Shown here one piece after another: positions 23,207-35,182 of a stretch of DNA of 42,053 nt. Under the pieces are notes generated by a model. It made no database searches. It saw nothing but the letters and a program-made list of their open reading frames with translations, and was not told where the DNA came from. Each line of letters starts with the position of its first letter. Position 1 is the stretch's first letter. The DNA is taken from positions 1 to 42,053 of the forward strand of contig DASWGW010000081.1 of assembly GCA_036393435.1 (NCBI GenBank), in the 5' to 3' direction. The stretch is from Candidatus Limnocylindria bacterium. GTDB lineage: Bacteria; Chloroflexota; Limnocylindria; QHBO01. Made by a program: the position numbers and the translations under genes.

Positions 23207-25003
23207 TCAGTAGGTCCGTGCCTTGGGCTGGAACTCGGTGATCGTCACCGGCTTGTAGCGCAGCGACGTCTCGCCGCTCGACGGGTCGCGGAAGACGAGG
23301 GTGTGCTTGAGCCAGTTGGCGTCGTCGCGCTCGGGGAAGTCCTCTCGCGCGTGGCCGCCCCGCGTCTCGGTCCGCGCCAGGGCCGATGCGACCGTGGCCT
23401 CCGCGCAGTCCAGGAGGAAGCCGAGCTCGAGCGCGTCTCCCAGGTCGGTGTTGTACCGGCAGCCCCTGTCCTCGACGAGCAGGTGCCGCGCGCGCTCGCG
23501 CAGGCGCGCGACCTCGTCACGGCACTCGACCAGGAGCTTCTCGCTGCGGTACACCCCGCATTTCGCGAACATGACCTCCTGGAGCTCGGTACGGATCACC
23601 GCCGGACGCTCGCCCTCGGTCGTGCGCATGAGCGCCCCGACGGAGGCCTGGACGGCATCCTCCGCGTCCACGTCCGGGACCGGGTCCGGCGCGGAGCCCA
23701 GCTCCTCGGCCATCTTCACCCCGGCGCGCCGGCCGAAGACCAGGATGTCGAGCAGCGAGTTCGTGCCGAGCCGGTTCGCGCCGTGGACGCTCACGCACGC
23801 GACCTCGCCTGCCGCGTAGAGGCCCGGCACGACCGTCCGCGTCTCGTCCGCCAGGGCCCGCCCGTCGATGTCGGTCGGGATGCCGCCCATCGCGTAGTGC
23901 GCGGTGGGCTGGATAGGCACGAGGTCGGTGAGCGGCTCGAGGCCGAAGTACGTGCGAATGAAGCCGCTCATGTCGGGAAGCTTCGTGTCGAGCACCTCGG
24001 CCCCCAGGTGGCGCACGTCGAGGTGCACGTAGTCCTTGCCGCCGATCCCCCGGCCCGCCGCGATCTCCAGGTAGATGCTGCGGCTCACGACGTCGCGCGA
24101 GGCGAGGTCCTTCATGGTCGGCGCGTAGCGCTCCATGAAGCGCTCGCCCTTGTCGTTGACCATGAAGCCGCCCTCGCCGCGCATCGCCTCCGAGAGGAGG
24201 AAGCCGAGCTTGTACATGCCGGTGGGATGGAACTGGAAGAACTCCATGTCCTCCAGCGGCAGGCCCCGCCGGTACGGGATCGCCATCCCGTCGCCGGTCA
24301 GCGTGTGGGCGTTCGACGTGACCTTGAACACCTTGCCGTAGCCGCCCGTCGCGAACAGCACGGCCTTCGCGCGGAAGGCGTGCAGCTCCGAGGTGGCGAT
24401 GCGCAGCGCGATGACGCCCGTCACGCGCCCTGCAGGGCCATCCGGCATCGCCAGGTCGAGCACCTGGTACTCGTCGAAGAAGGCGACCTCGCGGCGGATG
24501 CATTGCTGGTAGAGCGTCTGGAGGATCGCGTGACCGGTCCGGTCAGCCGCGTAGCAGCTGCGCCGCACAGGCCCCTCGCCGAAGTTGCGCGTGTGTCCGC
24601 CGAAGCGACGCTGGTTGATGAGGCCGTCATCGGTCCGGTCGAAGGGCAGGCCGAGGTGCTCGAGGTTGATGATCGTCTCGACCGCGTCGTGGCACATCAC
24701 CTCGGCGACATCCTGGTCGACGAGGTAGTCCCCGCCCTTGACCGTGTCGAACCAGTGCCACTCCCAGTGGTCCTCCTCCCGGTTGCCGAGCGCGGCGCAC
24801 ACCCCGCCCTGGGCCGCCCCGGTGTGCGAACGGGTGGGGTGCAGCTTGCTGATGACGCCGATACGGGCCTCCGGCCCGAGGGCCTGCTTAAGCTCGAGCG
24901 CCGCGTACAGGCCGGCGCCTCCGGCGCCGACGACGACGGCGTCGAGCTCCACGACCCGGGTCGGCGGGATCGATCCCCGCCGCGCGGGGGCGAGAAGGGT
25001 CAC
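23207..25003 (-). CDS. sdhA: Succinate dehydrogenase flavoprotein subunit
   Basis: Track ORF trimmed to the GTG at 25003, which overlaps the sdhD stop (GTGA). VVVGAGGAGLYAAL and RSHTGAAQGG (covalent FAD histidine). Confidence 0.95.
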   Translation of the reverse strand: MTLLAPARRGSIPPTRVVELDAVVVGAGGAGLYAALELKQALGPEARIGVISKLHPTRSHTGAAQGGVCAALGNREEDHWEWHWFDTVKGGDYLVDQDVAEVMCHDAVETIINLEHLGLPFDRTDDGLINQRRFGGHTRNFGEGPVRRSCYAADRTGHAILQTLYQQCIRREVAFFDEYQVLDLAMPDGPAGRVTGVIALRIATSELHAFRAKAVLFATGGYGKVFKVTSNAHTLTGDGMAIPYRRGLPLEDMEFFQFHPTGMYKLGFLLSEAMRGEGGFMVNDKGERFMERYAPTMKDLASRDVVSRSIYLEIAAGRGIGGKDYVHLDVRHLGAEVLDTKLPDMSGFIRTYFGLEPLTDLVPIQPTAHYAMGGIPTDIDGRALADETRTVVPGLYAAGEVACVSVHGANRLGTNSLLDILVFGRRAGVKMAEELGSAPDPVPDVDAEDAVQASVGALMRTTEGERPAVIRTELQEVMFAKCGVYRSEKLLVECRDEVARLRERARHLLVEDRGCRYNTDLGDALELGFLLDCAEATVASALARTETRGGHAREDFPERDDANWLKHTLVFRDPSSGETSLRYKPVTITEFQPKARTY

Positions 25004-25449
25004 GAGAAGGGCCCGACCGGCGGCGCGGTATTGGGATCGAAGAAGGCGATGACCGCCATGCCGAGCACGAGCCAGATCGCGCTGAGCACGAGAAGTGCGC
25101 CGACGAGCAGGCGGCGCGCGGTCGGCTGGGCGACGTAGTCCCCGATCACGATCCGCGCGCCGTTCGCGCCGTGGACGAACGCGAGCAGGAGCAGGAGCAG
25201 GTCGTAGATGCGCCAGAACGGCGTCCCCCATCGGCTCTGGACGAAGGCGAAGTCGATCTCCTCGCCTGTCATCACCACTAGCACGTGCATGATGAACATG
25301 TGCCCGAGGGCCAGGAACACGAGCGCCAGCCCCGAGAGGCGCATGAAGTACCACCAGAAGCGCTCGCGACCGGATGCCTCGGGCCGCGGCCTCGCCGCCC
25401 GGGACGGGTTCGTGTAGATCGTGCGAGGCCGGCGGACGGCGGTGGTCAT
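25000..25449 (-). CDS. sdhD: Succinate dehydrogenase membrane anchor subunit
   Basis: 149 aa with three hydrophobic helices and conserved His residues (ALGHMFIMH, AFVHGANG). Positioned between sdhC and sdhA. Confidence 0.75.
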   Translation of the reverse strand: MTTAVRRPRTIYTNPSRAARPRPEASGRERFWWYFMRLSGLALVFLALGHMFIMHVLVVMTGEEIDFAFVQSRWGTPFWRIYDLLLLLLAFVHGANGARIVIGDYVAQPTARRLLVGALLVLSAIWLVLGMAVIAFFDPNTAPPVGPFS

Positions 25450-25453
25450 CGGC

Positions 25454-25821
25454 TCAGCCCCACGGCATGAAGGGCGTGACCATGATCACCGTGAGCGGGA
25501 TCATGGAGACGATGGTCGCGCTGACGACGCCGTAGGTCAGCGGGCGGTAGTACACCGTCAGACCGGGCCAGAAGTCCATGGCGATGACCCGAAGGCCGTT
25601 GAGCGCGTGATACACGAGGGCGGCCATCAGCACGACCTCGCCCAGCCGGACCGGCAGGTTCTTGAAGATGCCGATGGTCGCGTTGTAGACCTCGGGCCCG
25701 AAGAGCACGGTCGAGGTCTCGACGATGTGCATGAAGAGGTAGAGCAGCACGCCGAGCCCGCTCGCCCGGTGCCCGAACCAGGCCAGCTGCGCCCAGGAGA
25801 GGCGGTAGCCGAACAGGGTGA

Positions 25822-25825
<4 letters not shown>
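25454..25825 (-). CDS. sdhC: Succinate dehydrogenase cytochrome b subunit
   Basis: Track ORF trimmed to the TTG at 25825, which overlaps the icd stop (TTGA). 123 aa with three helices: [26 protein letters not shown]. Confidence 0.75.
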
Positions 25826-26838
<1,013 letters not shown>

Positions 26839-26898
26839 GATCAGGTCTCCCACATCCGGCCGATCACAGCGTCGGCTACGGTCCCGAAAGTGTAGGCG

Positions 26899-26966
26899 CG
26901 CGTGGGCCGTCCCGTTCGCGGGGTGGACCCGTGGGTCCACGCGTGGGCCCACCCGCGGGTCCACCC
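26899..26966. repeat. Cluster of GTGGRCCCAC-type palindromes in the icd/sucC divergent spacer
   Basis: GTGGACCC-GT-GGGTCCAC (26923-26940, perfect 8-bp arms), GTGGGCCCAC (26943-26952, perfect palindrome), and further half-sites GTGGGCC (26902-26908) and GGGTCCAC (26957-26964). Confidence 0.6.
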
Positions 26967-27100
26967 GGCGCGAGCAACCCCCGGTTGCCCATCCGCCAGG
27001 GGACGTCGTCTCGATGGTCGACGCGCGAGGACGCGCGGTCATTCGGCCGTCGAGTGGCTCGATTCAGTCTCTGTATGGCCGATGGGCAAGCTGCCGTTGC

Positions 27101-27129
27101 GGGACGCCCGCCGGTACAATCCGCGTCCC
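27101..27129 (+). promoter_or_regulatory. Candidate sucCD promoter -10 box bracketed by a 7-bp inverted repeat
   Basis: GGGACGC-ccgccggTACAATcc-GCGTCCC. TACAAT is at 27115-27120, about 40 nt upstream of the sucC GTG. No convincing -35 box. Confidence 0.4.
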
Positions 27130-27160
27130 GAGCCGTTCATCGCAGAGGAGACGCGCCCGC

Positions 27161-28302
<1,142 letters not shown>

Positions 28303-28306
<4 letters not shown>

Positions 28307-29181
28307 GCATTCTCGTCAACCGCGAGACCCGCCTCCTGGTCCAGGGCATCACCGGGCGCGAGGGCGAGTTCCACTCGCGGGCGATGATCGAGTACGGCAC
28401 CCAGGTCGTGGCCGGTGTGACGCCCGGCAAGGGCGGGCAGTCGGCGATCGACGGGCAAGTCCCGGTCTTCGACACCGTGGCGGACGCGGTCGCGCAGACG
28501 GGCGCCAACGCGTCGTGCATCTTCGTGCCCGCGGCCTTCGCCCCCGACGCCATGCTCGAGGCCGCGGATGGCGGGCTGCCGCTCGTGGTCTGTATCACTG
28601 AGGGCGTGCCGGCGCTCGACATGCTCCGCGTCTACCACGTGCTGCGCGCGAAGGGTACCCGGCTCATCGGCCCCAACTGCCCGGGCCTGACGAGCGTGGA
28701 CGAAGCCAAGGTCGGCATCGTCCCCGGGAACACCCACACGCGCGGACCGGTCGGCCTCGTGAGCCGATCCGGCACGCTGACCTACGAGGTGGTGCAGGCG
28801 ATGACCGATGCGGGCGTCGGCCAGACGACCTGCGTCGGGATCGGCGGCGATCCGATCGTCGGCACGAGCTTCGTCGAGATCCTGGACATGTTCAACCAGG
28901 ATCCCGAGACCGAGGCGATCGTCATGATCGGCGAGATCGGCGGTGACGAGGAGGAGAAGGCGGCCGCCTTCTGCGCGCGTGAGGTCCGCAAGCCCATGGC
29001 GGCGTTCATCGCGGGCCGTACCGCCCCGCCGGGGCGGCGCATGGGGCACGCCGGCGCGATCATCTCGGGTGGCGCGGGCACGGCCGAGTCCAAGCGCGCC
29101 GCGCTCGAGGCGGCCGGGATCAGGGTCGCAGATTCCCCGTCCCACATCCCCGACCTGCTGCGCTCCGCCGGCGTCGGCTAG
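28303..29181 (+). CDS. sucD: Succinyl-CoA synthetase alpha subunit
   Basis: 292 aa with [25 protein letters not shown] and MGHAGAII (phosphohistidine loop). The GTG start overlaps the sucC stop (GTGA). Confidence 0.95.
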
Positions 29182-29374
29182 GCACCCGCGGACCGATGAA
29201 TCGCCGGTTTGACGCCTCGGATGACCGTCGGGGCGTCGTCTGATCGATCTATCAGTCCGTACGACGCGTGGCGCGCGCGAAAAGGGCCGTCAGGCGTCAT
29301 GGAGACCGATGAACCGGACAGGCGGCGCGTCCGGCGGCACTTAGGCGACATTCTGGCGATTCATCGGCGGCACA

Positions 29375-29803
29375 TCAGGCGTGGCGGCGCTCCAAGAGCT
29401 CCCAGAGCACGCCGCTGAGCGTGCGTGGATGGACGAACGCGACGGACCCGTGCGCGCCGGGTCGCGGCACACGATCGATGAGCTCGGCCTCTCGCGCGGC
29501 CAGCAGGTCCAGCGCGGTCGGCAGGTCGTCGGTCGCCAGGCAGACGTGGTGGAGGCCTTCGCCTCGCTCGCCGAGAAAGCGAGCGACGCCGCTCTCCTCG
29601 TCGATCGGCTCGATGAGCTCGATGCGCGCCGCCGGCTCCGGCCCGGTGGCGAGGAAGCACAGCTTCACTCGCTGCGACTCGAAGACGATCGGGTCCGCTT
29701 CGGCCTGCAGCCCGAAGAGATCGCGGTAGCGAGGCAGCGACTCCTGGATCGAGCGCACCACGACCGCCACGTGATGGATGGGACCCAGCCTCGGGCCGCT
29801 CAT
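29375..29803 (-). CDS. Methylmalonyl-CoA epimerase (VOC/glyoxalase fold)
   Basis: Track ORF trimmed to the ATG at 29803, which overlaps the mutase stop (ATGA). 142 aa with IHHVAVVV...IELIEP...LHHVCL. Sits immediately after the mutase gene. Confidence 0.85.
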   Translation of the reverse strand: MSGPRLGPIHHVAVVVRSIQESLPRYRDLFGLQAEADPIVFESQRVKLCFLATGPEPAARIELIEPIDEESGVARFLGERGEGLHHVCLATDDLPTALDLLAAREAELIDRVPRPGAHGSVAFVHPRTLSGVLWELLERRHA

Positions 29804-31407
29804 GCCCGATGCTCGCCCCACACGCGGCGCAGGGCGTGCGAAATCTCGCCCAGCGTGACGTCGGCCTCGACGCACGCCCGGATGCGTGGAAGGACGTTCT
29901 CCGTGCCGGCGGCGGCCGCCTCCAGTGCCGAGATCGCGGCGTCGGCCGCCCGCTCGTCGCGGTTGGTGCGGACCGCGCGGGTGCGCTCGACCTGGCGTCC
30001 CTCGAGCTCCGGGTCGATGACCTGGGCCACCGGACGCTGCTCGTCGCCCTCGTCGGTGAAGGCGTTGACGCCCACGATGACCCGCTCCCCCGACTCGATG
30101 GCGCGCTGCATGGCGTACGCCGCGTCGCCGATCGCGTCCTGCTGGTACCCGGCTGCCAGCGCGGCCAGGGTGCCGCCGCGCTCGTCGATCGCGGCAAGCT
30201 CGTCGAGGGCGGCGTGCACCATCTGGTCGGTGAGCCACTCGACGTAGTACGAGCCGGCGAGCGGGTCGACCGTCGCCCTCGTGCCGGCCTCGGCGTGCAG
30301 CACCTGCTGCGTCCGGAGCGCGAGCCGGGCGGTGGAGGGCGTCGGCAGGCCGAGCGCCTCGTCGAGGGCGTTCGTGTGCAGCGACTGGGTGCCGCCCAGC
30401 ACGGCGGCCAGGGCCTGCACCGTGGTCCGGACGACGTTCACGTCCGGCTGCTGGGCGGTGAGTGTCGAGCCGCCGGTCTGGACGTGGAAGCGCATGGCCA
30501 TCGAGCGCGGGTCCGCCGCCCCGAACCGCTCGCGAGCCACGGTGGCCCACACCCGTCGCGCGGCGCGGAACTTGGCCACCTCCTCGAACAGGTCGCTGTG
30601 CGCCGCGAAGAAGAACGACAGGCGGGGCGCGAAGTCGTCGAAGGCCAGCCCGGCGGTGGTGGCCGCGTCGCAGTACGCCACGGCGTTGGCCACCGTGAAC
30701 GCGATCTCCTGCACGGCGGTCGCGCCCGCCTCGCGCATGTGGTAGCCGCTGATGCTGATCGTGTTCCAAGCCGGCAGCTCTGCATGGCAGTACGCGAACG
30801 TGTCGGTCACCAGCCGCATCGACGGGAGCGGCGGGAAGATGTACGTGCCGCGAGCGATGTACTCCTTGAGGATGTCGTTCTGAACGGTGCCCCTGAGCCG
30901 ATGCGGGTCGATGCCGCGCCGCCTGGCGACCGCCTCGTACAGGGCGAGGAGGATCGCCGCGGTGGCGTTGATCGTCATCGACGTCGAGACGGCGGAGAGG
31001 TCGATCCCGTCCAGGAGGACCTCCATGTCCGCCATCGAGTCGATGGGCACACCGGCGCGCCCCACCTCGCCGAAGGCCATCGGATCGTCCGAGTCGTAGC
31101 CCATCTGGGTGGGCAGGTCGAACGCCACCGACAGCCCCGTCTGGCCCCGTGCGAGAAGATAGCGGAAGCGCGCGTTCGTCTCCTCGGCCGACCCGAACCC
31201 CGCGTACTGCCGCATGGTCCAGGGCCTCGATCGGTAGCCGGTCGGGTGGATGCCGCGGGTGAACGGGTAGGAGCCCGGCTCCCCGAGATCGGTCGCGGGA
31301 TCGAACCCGGCGAGGTCGTCGGGGCGGTAGACCGGCTTGATCTCGAGGCCGGATGGGAGCCGGTACGCGTGCTCCGCTCGCTCTCCGGCGTCGCTCATCT
31401 CGAGCAT
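29800..31407 (-). CDS. Methylmalonyl-CoA mutase family, catalytic (large, N-terminal) subunit
   Basis: 535 aa with [26 protein letters not shown] and [16 protein letters not shown]. No B12-binding domain is present in this ORF. Confidence 0.92.
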   Translation of the reverse strand: MLEMSDAGERAEHAYRLPSGLEIKPVYRPDDLAGFDPATDLGEPGSYPFTRGIHPTGYRSRPWTMRQYAGFGSAEETNARFRYLLARGQTGLSVAFDLPTQMGYDSDDPMAFGEVGRAGVPIDSMADMEVLLDGIDLSAVSTSMTINATAAILLALYEAVARRRGIDPHRLRGTVQNDILKEYIARGTYIFPPLPSMRLVTDTFAYCHAELPAWNTISISGYHMREAGATAVQEIAFTVANAVAYCDAATTAGLAFDDFAPRLSFFFAAHSDLFEEVAKFRAARRVWATVARERFGAADPRSMAMRFHVQTGGSTLTAQQPDVNVVRTTVQALAAVLGGTQSLHTNALDEALGLPTPSTARLALRTQQVLHAEAGTRATVDPLAGSYYVEWLTDQMVHAALDELAAIDERGGTLAALAAGYQQDAIGDAAYAMQRAIESGERVIVGVNAFTDEGDEQRPVAQVIDPELEGRQVERTRAVRTNRDERAADAAISALEAAAAGTENVLPRIRACVEADVTLGEISHALRRVWGEHRA

Positions 31408-31462
31408 TCTACCGGCGGAGGTGGCCAGCCCCCGGCGTCGGCCCGGAGGTCGGGACCCCGCC

Positions 31463-31927
31463 CTACTCGAGCGTGAGGAGCTCTGCGCCGGTGGCGACCA
31501 CCTGGCCCGCGGTGACCGCGACGCTCGCGACGCGCGCCGCGCGCGGGGCGCGCACCTCGTTCTGCATCTTCATCGCCTCGATCGTGAGCAGCGGGTCGCC
31601 CTCCCCCACCTCGTCGCCGGGCGCCACGCGGACCGCGACGACGAGGCCGGGCAGCGTCGCCTTCAAGGCGACCGGAGCGATGCGGCCGCGCGCGGACGTC
31701 TCGGCCTCCGCCATCAGCCGCTCGCGCCAGGTGCGGACCGTGACCGGGATCCGCCGGCCGCGGATGGTGACCGTCCACTCGCTGCCGCCACCCTCCACCA
31801 CGACGGGAATGACCCGTTCGCCGTTGACGAGCAGGCCGGTGCCGTTGCGATGGTCCGCCCAATCGAGGCGCCAGCCGTCCGCGGGCTCCACCGCCTCGCC
31901 CCCGATCCGGACCTCGGTCTCGCTCAC
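31463..31927 (-). CDS. Biotin carboxyl carrier (biotinyl-domain) protein
   Basis: Track ORF trimmed to the GTG at 31927, which overlaps the biotin carboxylase stop (GTGA). 154 aa with the C-terminal biotinylation motif [11 protein letters not shown]. Confidence 0.8.
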   Translation of the reverse strand: MSETEVRIGGEAVEPADGWRLDWADHRNGTGLLVNGERVIPVVVEGGGSEWTVTIRGRRIPVTVRTWRERLMAEAETSARGRIAPVALKATLPGLVVAVRVAPGDEVGEGDPLLTIEAMKMQNEVRAPRAARVASVAVTAGQVVATGAELLTLE

Positions 31928-33441
31928 TCCCTGAGTGCCTCCTCGCGGCCGATGCGGCCCCAGGCCGAGCCAGTGTCGGCGGGCGTCGGGCTCGGGACGC
32001 GCTCCGTGCGACGAGCCTGCAGCGCGGCGGCCGCGGCCAGCGCGCTGTCCTCCGCGCCGAGGGCCGGGCCGCGGCCCCACTCGCGCTCGACGAACGAGGT
32101 GTCGTAGCGGCCGGCGGCGAAGCCGGGGTGATCGACGAGCCAGCGATGGAACCCGGCATCGGTCTGCACGCCGCCGATGAGGGTCTCGTCGAGCGCCCGG
32201 CGCAGGCGGGCGATCGCCGCCGGTCGGTCCGCGGCGTGGACGAGCACCTTGGCGAGGAGCGGGTCGTATTCCGAGGGCAGGTCCGTATCCGACTCCACGC
32301 CCGCGTCGACGCGCACGCCGGGGCCGTCCGGCATCAGCCACGCGGTGACGCGACCCGGGGCCGGCGCGAAGCCCGCGTAGGGGTCCTCGGCGTAGATACG
32401 GACCTCGATGGCGTGCCCGGATCGTGGCGCGTCGAGGACGGCCGGCGGCAGCGGTTCCCCGGCGGCGACGCGTATCTGCCAGGCCACCATGTCGACGCCG
32501 GTGACGAGCTCGGTCACGCCATGCTCGACCTGGAGGCGCGTGTTCATCTCCAGGAAGAAGTGGTTGCCGTCCTCGTCGAGCAGGAACTCGACGGTCGCCG
32601 CGTTGTGAAACTCGACCGCGCCGGCGACCCGCCGGGCGCTTTCGAACAGCTCTGCCCTCGTCGCCTCGTCGACGGCGGGCGACGGCGATTCCTCGACCAG
32701 CTTCTGGTGGCGACGCTGAACCGAGCAGTCCCGCTCCCCCAGCACCGCGAGGGCGCCGTGCCGGTCACCGAGGAGCTGCACCTCCACATGCCTCGCCGGC
32801 GAGACCACGCGCTCGGCGTAGACCGTCTCGTCGCCGAATGCGGAGAGCGCCTCGCGTCGCGCAGAGGCGAGCGCGTCCCCCAGGTCGCCGGCCGAGTCGA
32901 CGCGTCGCATCCCCCTCCCCCCGCCGCCGGCCGCGGCCTTGAGCATGATGGGGAATCCGAGCCGGGCCAGGTCGGGCCCATCGCCGTCCACCGCCACCGT
33001 CGTCCCGGGAACGGTCGGCACCCCGGCCGCCTCCGCCGATCGTCGCGCGGCGAGCTTGTCGCCGAGCATCTCCAGGGTGGCGGCTGGTGGCCCGATGAAG
33101 GTGAGTCCCGCGCCCTCGACCGCGCGTGCGAAGGCGTGGTTCTCCGACAGGAAGCCGTAGCCGGGGTGGATGGCCTGCGCTCCGCTCCGGCGCGCCGCAT
33201 CCAGCACCGCCTCGATGGACAGGTAGGACTCTCCGGGCGCGGGAGGCCCGATGCGCTCCGCCCGATCGGCCCGGCGAACGTGCAGCGCATCGGCATCGGC
33301 GTCCGAGTACACCGCGACCGGCGAGATGCCCAGCTCGCGGCAGGCGCGCATGACGCGGATCGCGATCTCGCCGCGGTTCGCGACCAGTACTCGCTTGAAG
33401 GGCGGCCTGGACGGGGCGGTTATGTCCGTGCGCAAAGACAC
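31924..33441 (-). CDS. Biotin carboxylase subunit of an acyl-CoA carboxylase
   Basis: Track ORF trimmed to the GTG at 33441. KRVLVANRGEIAIRVMRA, AAGGGGRGMR, EMNTRLQVEH. 505 aa. Confidence 0.92.
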   Translation of the reverse strand: MSLRTDITAPSRPPFKRVLVANRGEIAIRVMRACRELGISPVAVYSDADADALHVRRADRAERIGPPAPGESYLSIEAVLDAARRSGAQAIHPGYGFLSENHAFARAVEGAGLTFIGPPAATLEMLGDKLAARRSAEAAGVPTVPGTTVAVDGDGPDLARLGFPIMLKAAAGGGGRGMRRVDSAGDLGDALASARREALSAFGDETVYAERVVSPARHVEVQLLGDRHGALAVLGERDCSVQRRHQKLVEESPSPAVDEATRAELFESARRVAGAVEFHNAATVEFLLDEDGNHFFLEMNTRLQVEHGVTELVTGVDMVAWQIRVAAGEPLPPAVLDAPRSGHAIEVRIYAEDPYAGFAPAPGRVTAWLMPDGPGVRVDAGVESDTDLPSEYDPLLAKVLVHAADRPAAIARLRRALDETLIGGVQTDAGFHRWLVDHPGFAAGRYDTSFVEREWGRGPALGAEDSALAAAAALQARRTERVPSPTPADTGSAWGRIGREEALRE

Positions 33442-33448
33442 TGCGCGG

Positions 33449-34999
33449 TCAGAGTGGGATGTTGCCGTGCTTCTTGGGTGGCACCGTCTGACGCTTGTTC
33501 TCCAACAGCGCCAGTGCACCCGCGACACGCGCGCGCGTCTCCGACGGCAGGATGACTTCATCGACGTAGCCACGTGCCGCGGCGATGTACGGATTTGCGA
33601 ACCGTTCCTCGTACTCCGCGACAAGCCGGGTGCGTTCGGCATCGGGTTCCGAGGATTCGGCGATGCGGTCGCGGAAGATGACGTTCACGGCGCCCTCGAC
33701 TCCCATCACGGCGATCTCCGCGGTGGGCCACGCAAAGTTCAGGTCGCCACGCACGTGCTTGCTGCTCATGACGTCATACGCGCCGCCATAGGCCTTGCGT
33801 GTGATGACCGTGATCTTCGGCACGGTCGCTTCGCTGTACGCGTACAGCAGCTTCGCGCCGTGCCGGATGATTCCGCGATGCTCCTGGTCGACGCCGGGCA
33901 GGAATCCGGGAACGTCGACGAGCGTCACCAATGGAACGTTGAAGCAGTCGCAGGTTCTTACGAATCGTGCGGCCTTGTCGGATGCGTCGATGTCCAGGAC
34001 GCCGGCGAGCACTTCGGGTTGCTGCGCGACGATGCCTATGCTGCGCCCCTCCACCCGCGCGAAGCCGCAGATGATGTTCCGCGCGTAGTGCGCGTGCACC
34101 TCTGTGAAAGAATCGCCATCGACGACTCCACTGATGACCCGATGCATGTCGTATGACTGCTTCGGAGAGTCGGGAATGATCGTATCCAGCGTGTTGCCAT
34201 CGATCGCAGGCGGCGCCCACTCCGCGCGTCGCGGCAGCGGGTCCACGTTGTTCGACGGCAGATAGCCGAGGAGCGTACGAGCGAGCTGCAATGCCATCGG
34301 CTCGCCGCTCGCCAGAAAGTGCGCGACGCCACTGGTCTCGTTGTGGACGCGCGCGCCACCCAGTCCCTCGAGGTCGATCTCCTCGTGCGTGACGGTCTTC
34401 ACGACGTTCGGGCCGGTGACGAACATGTAGCTGGTGCCCTCGACCATGATCACGAGGTCGGTGATAGCCGGCGAATACACCGCGCCGCCCGCGCAGGGCC
34501 CCATGATGAGCGAGAGCTGCGGCACCACCCCCGAGGCCAGCGTGTTGCGCAGGAAGATGTCGGCGTAGCCACCCAGGCTGACGACGCCCTCCTGGATCCG
34601 CGCCCCGCCCGAGTCGGATATCCCGACGATCGGCAGGCCACTCTCCAGCGCGAGGTCCATCACCTTGCAGATCTTCTCGGCATGCGCCTCCGACAGCGAG
34701 CCGCCAAAGACCGTGAAGTCCTGGCTGTAGACGAATACGCGCCGCCCGTCGACTGTCCCGAAGCCCGTCACCACGCCGTCGCCCAGGAATCGCTGCTCGT
34801 CCAGTCCGAAATCGGTCGCGCGGTGGGTCACGAACGCGTCTAGCTCGGTGAAGCTGTCTTCGTCGAGCAGGAGCTCGAGCCGCTCACGCGCCGACAGCCG
34901 GCCGCGCGCGTGCTGCTGCTCGATTCGCTCCGCCCCTCCGCCGAGGAGCGCGGCCTCTCGCATTGAGCGCAGCCGCTCGAGCTTGTCGGCGGTCGACAC
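33449..34999 (-). CDS. pccB: Propionyl-CoA carboxylase carboxyltransferase (beta) subunit
   Basis: 516 aa with [17 protein letters not shown] and [18 protein letters not shown] start with GGAGGA 7 nt upstream. Confidence 0.92.
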   Translation of the reverse strand: MSTADKLERLRSMREAALLGGGAERIEQQHARGRLSARERLELLLDEDSFTELDAFVTHRATDFGLDEQRFLGDGVVTGFGTVDGRRVFVYSQDFTVFGGSLSEAHAEKICKVMDLALESGLPIVGISDSGGARIQEGVVSLGGYADIFLRNTLASGVVPQLSLIMGPCAGGAVYSPAITDLVIMVEGTSYMFVTGPNVVKTVTHEEIDLEGLGGARVHNETSGVAHFLASGEPMALQLARTLLGYLPSNNVDPLPRRAEWAPPAIDGNTLDTIIPDSPKQSYDMHRVISGVVDGDSFTEVHAHYARNIICGFARVEGRSIGIVAQQPEVLAGVLDIDASDKAARFVRTCDCFNVPLVTLVDVPGFLPGVDQEHRGIIRHGAKLLYAYSEATVPKITVITRKAYGGAYDVMSSKHVRGDLNFAWPTAEIAVMGVEGAVNVIFRDRIAESSEPDAERTRLVAEYEERFANPYIAAARGYVDEVILPSETRARVAGALALLENKRQTVPPKKHGNIPL

Positions 35000-35024
35000 G
35001 CGGCGCTCCTCCGTGTGAGGTGGG

Positions 35025-35100
35025 TGGTGGGCCCGGCAGGAATCGAACCTGCGACCGTCCGGTTATGAGCCGGTTGCTCTGACCATTGAGCTACGGGCCC
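35025..35100 (-). tRNA. tRNA-Met (anticodon CAT; elongator type, or Ile2 if lysidine-modified), CCA encoded
   Basis: Reverse complement GGGCCCGTAGCTCAATGGTCAGAGCAACCGGCTCATAACCGGACGGTCGCAGGTTCGATTCCTGCCGGGCCCACCA. Acceptor GGGCCCG/CGGGCCC, anticodon loop CTCATAA, T stem GCAGG/CCTGC. Confidence 0.9.
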
Positions 35101-35112
35101 GATCGTTTGGGC

Positions 35113-35182
35113 GGTGGACAAGTCGGAGTATAGGCCCGCGTCTTTGCACAACGACAGGCCGATTTCTCCACGTTGTGGATAA
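35113..35182. promoter_or_regulatory. DnaA-box cluster upstream of parA
   Basis: TGTGGATAA (35174-35182) is a perfect reverse of TTATCCACA. TTCTCCACG (35164-35172) is 7/9. GGTGGACAA (35113-35121) is the reverse of TTGTCCACC, 8/9 to the high-GC consensus. Confidence 0.5.

Noticed and set aside
29209-29418. 69-aa plus-strand ORF between sucD and the epimerase gene.
   Set aside because: Low third-position G/C (about 68%), overlap with the epimerase 3' end, and a non-protein-like composition. The region is better explained as a convergent terminator spacer.
35025-35100. tRNA-CAT considered as the initiator tRNA-fMet.
   Set aside because: It has a paired G1:C72 and lacks the three consecutive G:C pairs (GGG/CCC) at the bottom of the anticodon stem. 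It is therefore elongator Met or Ile2.
35164-35182. TTCTCCACGTTGTGGATAA considered as a parS site. I also looked for GTTTCACGTGAAAC-like sequences across the window, including inside parB.
   Set aside because: It is not symmetric around a CG centre and matches DnaA boxes better. No sequence close to the 16-bp parS consensus was found by eye anywhere in the window.
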